From a virus (lineage: Duplodnaviria > Caudoviricetes): a stretch of 64,000 nucleotides of DNA. Shown piece after piece: positions 57,277 through 64,000 of the stretch. Every line of letters begins with the position of its first letter. Within the stretch, counting starts at the first letter, position 1. The notes beneath the pieces were generated by a model that ran no database searches, was not told the DNA's origin, and saw only the letters and a program-made list of their open reading frames with translations. The translations under genes were made by a program, and so were the position numbers. The DNA lies in the IMG/VR virus record IMGVR_UViG_2671180089_000001, positions 1 to 64,000 of that record; one strand, given 5' to 3'.

Positions 57277-57946
57277 CTCGGCACGGCACGGCGCGCCCGC
57301 CCTCCCCCGTGCGCGCGCTCTGGTGATCGCGCGTCCAGTCCGGGACCGCGCTGCTCCGCGCCCGCGCCGTACCTACCGGCGCGCCCGGGCGCGCGCGTTC
57401 GGGCGCGCTCGGCATCGAGGCGCGCCCGAACGCGCGCGCCGCGCGCCGGCCGTGTGGAGCGCGCCTCCACGCGCGCGCTCAGGCGCGCCGGGCGCGCGCC
57501 GTGCCCGCGCCGATCCGGGCGCGCCCTCCGTAGATCGCGCGCGCCCGGATCGCATGGACCGCGCGCCCGCGCCGAGCCTCCCGCGCTCAGGCGCGCCCGC
57601 AGCAGCGCGCCATGGCGCGCACCGTTGACCTGCCCTTTTACAGGGCGCGCCGCGCGCCTGGCCGTCGCGCGCCACGATGGGCGCGGCCTCCTGGATATCG
57701 TCGGCCACGCGCGCCGGCCGTGTGGAGCGCGCCGCGCGGCGCGGTGATCGCTTCTCAACGGCGCGCGCCCGGCGGCGCGGATGACCAGGCGGGTGCGCGC
57801 CGACCGGCCGATCGCGCGCGCAGGGCCGCGCCCCAGGAACGCGCGCCGCCGCGCCCTCGGGCGCACCCCGGACACGACGAAGGGCGCGCCATCGGGCGCG
57901 CCCTTCGGGGAGGAACGGTCAGCCGGTGGCGCGCCCTATCGCGCGC
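57206..57946. repeat. GCGCGC-saturated non-coding tract
   Basis: About 30 runs of GCGCGC or longer by manual count; 25-bp direct repeat at 57441-57465 and 57709-57733. Confidence 0.85.
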
Positions 57947-58757
57947 CCTGCCGGGCCGCACGGCGGACCGCACGCCGCGCCCTGCGCTCCTCCGCGGCCT
58001 TCTCAAGCGCGCCGCCGCGCTCCTGGCGCAGCAGCTCCATCAGCTCCTCGGGGTGCCGCTCGCCGAGGACCTTGAGCGCCTGAAGCCGAACGTTCGGTTC
58101 GCTCGGCATCCGGCCCTGGCGCGCCTCCCCGTACTGGACGGAGTAGCGCAGGTACGCGGCCTCGGACTCCACGCGCCGGCGGAAGTTCTCGACCCGGCGC
58201 TCCTGTGCGTTGCCGCTCTCGCCCGCGGGCGGCTCGGGCATGAAGCGGGCCGGCTCCTCGATCATGAGGCGGCACAGACGCGCCACTCTCCCGGCTACTC
58301 TCGGTGAGCGGAAAGCAAGGGCCTCGACATGCGGGGACGTCGGGGCGGGCACTGGCTCGTCGAGGACGAAACCTGTCCACCGGTCCGCGAACGAGTCGTC
58401 ACCGAGGGCGGCCAGTTCCTTCGCGTGGTCGTGGGCCAGGTCGTCGACGACGTCCTCGAACGGCGGCATCGCTGCCTTGATCGTCTCTCGCCACGGCGCG
58501 ATGCGGGCCTGCTGCTGCTTCCTGGTCTCGCCCTCCCGGATGGGGTTGTAGGCCTTCGCCCGCTGCACGGCGGTTCGGAGCGCCTGGAGAGTGCGAGGGG
58601 CGAGACGGGGATCGTGAAGGGCGGCGCCCTGGGTCTCGCGCGGCGCGCGCCTGTTGGTGCCACCGGTGACGTACTGGACGACGGTGTCCGTGAAGGCGTC
58701 GGGGCTCATCTCGGACAAACGCTTGATCTCCGCCGCAACCTGTCGGGCATCGGCCAT
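57936..58757 (-). CDS. Hypothetical protein
   Basis: AGAGCA hairpin 58783-58800 plus RBS GGAGGA. Confidence 0.75.
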   Translation of the reverse strand: MADARQVAAEIKRLSEMSPDAFTDTVVQYVTGGTNRRAPRETQGAALHDPRLAPRTLQALRTAVQRAKAYNPIREGETRKQQQARIAPWRETIKAAMPPFEDVVDDLAHDHAKELAALGDDSFADRWTGFVLDEPVPAPTSPHVEALAFRSPRVAGRVARLCRLMIEEPARFMPEPPAGESGNAQERRVENFRRRVESEAAYLRYSVQYGEARQGRMPSEPNVRLQALKVLGERHPEELMELLRQERGGALEKAAEERRARRAVRRAARQGAR

Positions 58758-58826
58758 GTACGTGTTCCTCCGCTTCGGGTGTGACCCGTGCTCTCGGGCC
58801 CTGGTGTCGTACTGCCTGCTGAGACA

Positions 58827-59059
58827 CAACGAGGTGACCGCACTGGGCGCGGAGATGCGTGTGCCGGATCTTCGTAGGAGCATCCACTCCCCGGCCCCGA
58901 GTGCTCTACACACACCCGGTTACTCGATTCGCTATGGCCAGGTAACCAACGGGCGAGAGGAACACCCCAGCTCTTGCGAGCGGCGTGGTCTTGAGCCCAT
59001 GAACCCTGAACCGGAACCTCGAACGCATTCTTCGCGGCCGCGGTACGGCCACCTCGTTG
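58827..59059 (-). ncRNA. Candidate ~233-nt structured ncRNA
   Basis: 17-bp terminal helix (two G-U pairs on the minus strand), inner helices, GCAA tetraloop, -10 TACCAT at 59063-59068. Confidence 0.6.
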
Positions 59060-59103
59060 CAGATGGTACCCGTCGGCCGGGGGCCAGCCGTGCCCTGTGG
59101 GCC

Positions 59104-59427
59104 CTAGTCGGCCTGCTGGGGCGTCTTCTTCGTGGTGAGACTCTCGATGATCGGGGCGAGCTTGCTGGGCTTCCACACGAGGTCGTAGCTCGTCTGGGAG
59201 GCAGCGAGCACGGCGAGGATGGTGACCGTGGTCAGCTTGCCGTGCTGGAACTGGTCCCAGCCGCCGTCCGCGGCCACGGCGACGACGCCGGCGACGAGCG
59301 CGGCTAGGACCGCAATGACCTTCTTGTACTTCGCCGACCAGGCGGGGCGCTGCACAACCGCGGTGAGCAGCGGAAGCACAGCGCCGACCTGGCCGCCGGT
59401 GGAGAGAGCGTCAAGCGTTGCAGACAT
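59104..59427 (-). CDS. Putative holin
   Basis: Three hydrophobic segments (LPLLTAVVQRPAWS...); 107 aa; late promoter 59466-59495. Confidence 0.7.
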   Translation of the reverse strand: MSATLDALSTGGQVGAVLPLLTAVVQRPAWSAKYKKVIAVLAALVAGVVAVAADGGWDQFQHGKLTTVTILAVLAASQTSYDLVWKPSKLAPIIESLTTKKTPQQAD

Positions 59428-59503
59428 GGGTGTTGCCCTTCATGCGTGGGGTGCGTGTCGGGCGGACTGTGCGCGCGGGCGGCCCCTTGCGTCGCGTGCT
59501 GGC

Positions 59504-59932
59504 TCAGCCGTCAGGCCGGTTGGCCAGGTCCTCGGCGATCTCTCCCGGCGGAGCGGGGACGGGCCGCTCGTAAAGCCTCGCGACCAGGGCGCGGAGCTGG
59601 TGGATGTAGTCGACGGCCGCAGCCTTCCACCGTCTCCACTGCCGTTGCTCCTCCTCCAGGCGCTCGACCCTGTTCTCCAGGGTGGTCACGCGCTCGAGCG
59701 TCTTCGCGTTTGTCTCGCGCTGCTGCTCGAGGAGCTGGGTGAAACCGTTGGTCACGGTCTGGACGGAGGTGACGAAGGTGGTGGCCTCCGCGGTCTCCGC
59801 ATCGGTGTCGTTCTTCTGTCTGTTCTGGCGGTACACCATCCAGGCCGCGCCCAGCACGCCCACCGTGCTGAATGCTGGGCTGAGGACAGGCGCCAGAGAG
59901 ACGAGCCACTCCATGAGCGCCTCCTCGGTCAT
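59504..59932 (-). CDS. Membrane-anchored coiled-coil lysis-module protein
   Basis: N-terminal TM, coiled coil, C-terminal PAPP; adjacent to the holin. Confidence 0.6.
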   Translation of the reverse strand: MTEEALMEWLVSLAPVLSPAFSTVGVLGAAWMVYRQNRQKNDTDAETAEATTFVTSVQTVTNGFTQLLEQQRETNAKTLERVTTLENRVERLEEEQRQWRRWKAAAVDYIHQLRALVARLYERPVPAPPGEIAEDLANRPDG

Positions 59933-60015
59933 CGGTCGTCAGTAGGGATGCGCGGGAGCCGGGGCCCGAAAGCCCGCGGCTCCCCGCAGCCGGAAAGCTG
60001 CACCATGCGAGGGGC

Positions 60016-60399
60016 TTATGTCGTTGCGTTCATCGTCTCGGCGGTCGGCGCGGGCCCGACGCCGGCGACGGCGTTCCATCCCGCACGCACTGCCTCGAGG
60101 ATCTGCTCGTCGGAGATCGCTGCGGCCATGGTTGCGGTATCGGTTGAGCTGGCGGCCGCCGCGGCGGCGAGCAGCGTTGGGGAGACGACGAGGCCGACCA
60201 TCATGGAGGCGGCTTGTGCCTCCGAGGGGCTGAGTACGGTCTTCGCCAAGTTCCAGCGCAGCGGGTAACCGGGCGACGTCGACGCCTCAACGAACACTTC
60301 CTGCGCGATGACGGCGATGGCCATGCGGACGCGTGGCAGTAAAGACGCCTCGGAGGCCAGGGCGCACATCGTGGTCAAGGACAGGGGTAGAGCGGGCAT
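60016..60399 (-). CDS. Small tail-associated protein
   Basis: Follows the tail-fibre gene; ...ISDEQILEAVRAGWNAVAG. Confidence 0.55.
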   Translation of the reverse strand: MPALPLSLTTMCALASEASLLPRVRMAIAVIAQEVFVEASTSPGYPLRWNLAKTVLSPSEAQAASMMVGLVVSPTLLAAAAAASSTDTATMAAAISDEQILEAVRAGWNAVAGVGPAPTAETMNATT

Positions 60400-60411
60400 C
60401 GCGGGGCTTCC

Positions 60412-63400
60412 TCACTTGGTGTAGGTGACGCGGAGCTTGGGGGGGTTGGTCTGGCCGTAGCCGCGGGCGCGGCCGTAGTACGTCGACGACGTGGAATTCG
60501 GGTCCAGCGCGATACCGCGCCACTTCGTACTGTCGAAAACGCTGGTGATATCGACCCACTTGCCTTCATTGCGGGCCCACGAGATCGTCTTGCCTTCACT
60601 GTCGGAGGAGAACGTTGCCGGCCGCGAGGCGTGGCTGTGGGCCTTGATCACGGCCTTGCCGCCCGCGTTCGCGTACCAGTGATCGAAGTAGAGGTAGACC
60701 TCGGCCTTGTTGATCGTCGCGCCCGACAGGTCGGAGGACAGGCTCGACGGGAAGCCGATCAGTGAGGCTTGCGTGCCGTTCGTCGACGAGTAGTAGCCCT
60801 GGTAGCAGGAGTTCTTGTAGTACGAGTTGTAGGAGCCGCGGCCCGCGTATGAGCCGGACCAGGAACACGCATACGTCTTGGTGACCTTCTTCGGGGTCGG
60901 CGCGGTGGTGCCGCCGCCGTCGTTGTAGCCACCGGTCTCGGGGATGTACGGGCCGATGTCCTCGATGTAGAAGTAGCCGCGCGAGTTCACAGCGCCATAC
61001 ATCTCGCATGTCTGCCCCGACGGACCGAGCGAGTTCATGAACGTGATCAGGAACCGGTGCGTACCGGCGCCGAGACTGGGGCCGGATTCGATGTGCTCCA
61101 GCCAGCTCGTGAAGCTGTTGCCGACAGGCATGGGTGCGACGGAGATGTATTTCTGCGTCGAATTGATCGTAGGCGTACCGGTTCCGCCGTCACGAAGGCG
61201 CAGTTGCAGCTCTCCACCGCCCGCGGACGGGTTCGCGCGGGCGGAGAACACGAACCGGTACATACGCGTTTCGTCGATGTCGGCGGCCAGCTCCACGAAA
61301 CCCATCTCGGTGCCGGATGCTGTGCGGGTGGTGATCTGGTAATCGATGGCCTGGATGCCGCGCGGAACGAGGTTCAGGTATTCCGAGAGGTCCGCTCCGC
61401 CGATGGTGAGGGTGTCGGCGACGGCCAGGCGCTGGAAGCCGGCGGCGCCGTCCTGGTCGATGGTGGCCACGGGCACGCCGTCGGTGCTGAGCGTCAGGTA
61501 GTTCGGGCGGCCGGTGACGAGCGCGACCGCTTCCTCTCCTGCGTCGTCGTAGAGCTGCAGACCCATCGGGGAGATCTCGGCGCGCTGCCCGGCGAAGCCG
61601 GAGGCGGTCACGTACCGGGCCTCGGCGTTGTCCCATGTCACCGTGCCCGCAGTGGAAGAGACCGACTTGAGGCGCACAACCACCTGCGTGGTGTTCGCCG
61701 GGGCCGCGACGCTGGCGACTCCGGCAATCCGCGTCCATGCCTCCTTCACAGTGGCGCCCGAGCCGGAGGTGATGACGGCGACGCCGAGCGAGGTACCGGC
61801 GGCGTTGCGCCACTCGGCGTAGATGCTGACCCGGTCGCCGGCCCAGTCCGCGGAGGCGAGGTAGTCGACGGCGAGGTACATCTTCTGGCCGGGGACCGCG
61901 GGAATGGGCCCGACCAGGTACATCTCTAGGGACGACGCCGCGTTGTTGCGCAGGGCCTGAGCGGTGCCGTTGCCGCCTGCGACGACGGACCAGGCGGTGT
62001 TGCCCGCGACCCGCTGCGCGGTCACGGCCCCCTCGAAGGAGGGGTCGGCAATGAGGTTGCCGTCGGTGCCGAGCGACAGCCGGTCCGCGGTCAGGGAGCC
62101 CGCCTTGATGTGCGTGGCGTCGATGACCCCGGCCGCGATCTTCGTGGCGGTCACCGAGTTCACGGCCAGCTTGTCCGCGGTCACGGACAGAGCGGCGATC
62201 TTGTCCGCGGTGATCGCCAACGCCGCGATCTTTTCGGCGGTCACGCCCAGGGCCATGAGCTTGTCCGTGGTGATCGCCCCGGCGAGAATCTTCGGCGCGG
62301 TGACCGAACCGTCGGCGATCTGCACCCCTGCCACCACCGGGCGCACGGCCGCATTGTCGAAGCGGACCGCGCCGAGCGTTGTCCCCGCCGACTCAAGGCG
62401 GATCCTCGCGTTCGCGGCCAGCGCGGGCGCCGTCACCGTCGCGGTCATCCGCGTCCACGTCTCCCGCGCCGGCGTACTCGTCAGCGCCTTCCCGAAGGTG
62501 AGGCGAGTCCCGGCCGCGTCATCCCACCGCGCCTGCAAGTTGATCTCGGTGCCGTTCCAGTCGCTGGACACCCAGTAGTCGACAGCCAGGTACAGCTGGT
62601 CGCCCGGCAGCACGGGCACGTTGGTGACAGGCACCTGGAAGGTGGAGGGGGCGGCGGCAACGCAGTCGATTTTGATGCTGGCCGGCGACCCGTTGCCCAT
62701 CGTCTTGTCCTGCGACGCGTAGGCGATCCCGGCGACCTGCGCGGCTGTGTAGGCGCCCTCGAACGACGGGTCGGACAGCAGGTTGGAGCCGCCGATTATC
62801 GTCAGCTTCTCTGCCGTCACGGACCCTGCTGCGATCTCGCGGGCCGTGACGGCGTCTGTCGCGATCTTTCCTGCGACGACCGCGTTCGCGGCGATCGCTG
62901 GTCCTGTCACCGCGTTCTCGGCGAGCTTCCCGACCTTGACGGCGTTGTCGGCGAGTTTCTCGGTGAGGATTGCGCCATCGGCAAGTGCAGTCGTCCCGAC
63001 CGCGCCGAGTGCGATCTTCGCCTCCGTGACAGCGTTCTCGGCGAGCTTGACCTCGGTGACGATCCCGTCGATGAGGTCCTGCTCCACGGCCTGGCGCGGC
63101 TTGCCCGCCACAGCCACTGAGGGAGCGCCGGTCAGGCCCGCGGTGCTGAGGGCGATCAGGCGCACCCAGCGCTCCTCGTAGCCCTCTACCGCGACGGTGA
63201 CGCTTCCGCCGGTGACGTCGGTGATGGCCGCGGCCAGGGTGACGGGCTCGGGGGTGAAGTCGGCGGCCGGGCCCAGGTGGACCTGCAGCGCGGCGAAGTC
63301 GGTGGGCGGCGCGTTGGAGTCGTCCCACCAGCCGTCCCAGGTGACGACCAGGCCGGCCAGTGCGGGGGCCACAAGGGGGGCGCCGGGCGTGGGCGGCGGG

Positions 63401-63624
63401 ACGGCGGCCGCGGGCTCCGGCACCAGCGCGATACCGCCGTCCGGCTGCACGCCCACCGACCCGGCGAGCGTGCCGTCCTCGGTGTAGATGTCGAGGGTGC
63501 CGCCCTCGATGCTGGTGTACGCGGCCTTGGACGTGCGCTCGAGGTCCCGGAGGCGCCGGTCATAGTCCGCCAGGAGCGCGGCGAAGCGCTTGGCGTCTGA
63601 CTGATCGTCCAGGAAGTTGACCAT
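60412..63624 (-). CDS. Minor tail/tail-fibre protein
   Basis: 10-aa AVTADKIAA-type repeats; two NLxxDPSFE carbohydrate-binding-like modules; C-terminal PPKLRVTYTK. Confidence 0.85.
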   Translation of the reverse strand: MVNFLDDQSDAKRFAALLADYDRRLRDLERTSKAAYTSIEGGTLDIYTEDGTLAGSVGVQPDGGIALVPEPAAAVPPPTPGAPLVAPALAGLVVTWDGWWDDSNAPPTDFAALQVHLGPAADFTPEPVTLAAAITDVTGGSVTVAVEGYEERWVRLIALSTAGLTGAPSVAVAGKPRQAVEQDLIDGIVTEVKLAENAVTEAKIALGAVGTTALADGAILTEKLADNAVKVGKLAENAVTGPAIAANAVVAGKIATDAVTAREIAAGSVTAEKLTIIGGSNLLSDPSFEGAYTAAQVAGIAYASQDKTMGNGSPASIKIDCVAAAPSTFQVPVTNVPVLPGDQLYLAVDYWVSSDWNGTEINLQARWDDAAGTRLTFGKALTSTPARETWTRMTATVTAPALAANARIRLESAGTTLGAVRFDNAAVRPVVAGVQIADGSVTAPKILAGAITTDKLMALGVTAEKIAALAITADKIAALSVTADKLAVNSVTATKIAAGVIDATHIKAGSLTADRLSLGTDGNLIADPSFEGAVTAQRVAGNTAWSVVAGGNGTAQALRNNAASSLEMYLVGPIPAVPGQKMYLAVDYLASADWAGDRVSIYAEWRNAAGTSLGVAVITSGSGATVKEAWTRIAGVASVAAPANTTQVVVRLKSVSSTAGTVTWDNAEARYVTASGFAGQRAEISPMGLQLYDDAGEEAVALVTGRPNYLTLSTDGVPVATIDQDGAAGFQRLAVADTLTIGGADLSEYLNLVPRGIQAIDYQITTRTASGTEMGFVELAADIDETRMYRFVFSARANPSAGGGELQLRLRDGGTGTPTINSTQKYISVAPMPVGNSFTSWLEHIESGPSLGAGTHRFLITFMNSLGPSGQTCEMYGAVNSRGYFYIEDIGPYIPETGGYNDGGGTTAPTPKKVTKTYACSWSGSYAGRGSYNSYYKNSCYQGYYSSTNGTQASLIGFPSSLSSDLSGATINKAEVYLYFDHWYANAGGKAVIKAHSHASRPATFSSDSEGKTISWARNEGKWVDITSVFDSTKWRGIALDPNSTSSTYYGRARGYGQTNPPKLRVTYTK

Positions 63625-63669
63625 GGCGCGGGATGGTCAACGGCCCGGGTGGTTAGTGTCGCGTCCTGG

Positions 63670-64000
63670 TTAGTAGTGGAAGCTGTCGGACCGTTTTAGG
63701 GCCAGGGTGATGAAGCCGTCGGCGCTGATCTCGTCACTGATGATGCGGTGCCACACATCGACGTCGCCGACCCACGGCACGTGCACCTGGACGCGGATGT
63801 CGTCGCCGAGGGCCCAGGAACCGAACTTGGCGTTGGGGTGGTCGACGATCTGTATGGCGGGGATCTGCAGGGCGGCGGTGCGGCCGGCGAGTTCCTGCTG
63901 ACCGCGCTTGCGCAGCGCCGTGGCGGAGGACAGCTTTTTGTCCGTCACCGTTGCCACCCGGCGCATGCGCCGGTTCGCCCAGGTTGCAATGTCGCTGACC
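63670..64000 (-). CDS. Minor tail protein, C-terminal part (partial)
   Basis: HPNAKFGSWALGDDIRVQ...WHRII; the frame runs off the window end. Confidence 0.7.
   Translation of the reverse strand, partial: VSDIATWANRRMRRVATVTDKKLSSATALRKRGQQELAGRTAALQIPAIQIVDHPNAKFGSWALGDDIRVQVHVPWVGDVDVWHRIISDEISADGFITLALKRSDSFHY

Noticed and set aside
57273-57875. Arg/Ala-rich ORFs in the GCGCGC tract
   Set aside because: No codon-position bias or RBS; a by-product of the low-complexity DNA.
60412-63624. Diversity-generating retroelement or invertible tail-fibre system
   Set aside because: No reverse transcriptase, template repeat or invertase seen in the window.

Overview
High-GC Streptomyces-type DNA that looks like part of a large plasmid-prophage (phage-plasmid). 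Phage genes: terminase large subunit, probable small subunit, amidase endolysin, holin-like genes, SSB, an initiator plus DnaC-like loader, and minor tail/tail-fibre genes. Plasmid genes: ParA plus partner, a pair of RepL-like wHTH genes with iteron-like repeats, and a DUF2637-like membrane protein. About 30 kb (roughly 5.6-35 kb) is a divergent array of small early/accessory genes, including a C5 DNA methyltransferase, a PP-loop PAPS-reductase-like enzyme and a TGT/DpdA-like enzyme. The strongest unexplained signals are mostly non-coding. (1) About 17 copies of a 5'-leader RNA motif: covarying stem, AGAGCA(A) loop, AACCA(A/G)CGAAG, RBS. (2) An early promoter/operator box TTTCCCYKGGTGTACTATT (9 copies). 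(3) A separate late promoter RCGACRYWA-N14/15-nASnnT in front of dispersed virion, lysis and packaging genes. (4) A ~233-nt structured ncRNA candidate. (5) A ~750-bp GCGCGC-saturated tract. Also notable are a catalytically dead ATPase-only paralogue of the terminase and an EspR-like HTH / HExxH peptidase / MAB_1171c-like / PAP2 / cis-prenyltransferase cassette. All calls were made by eye from motifs; no database searches or folding programs were run. Many starts were re-assigned from the ORF track using RBS or leaderless -10 context.
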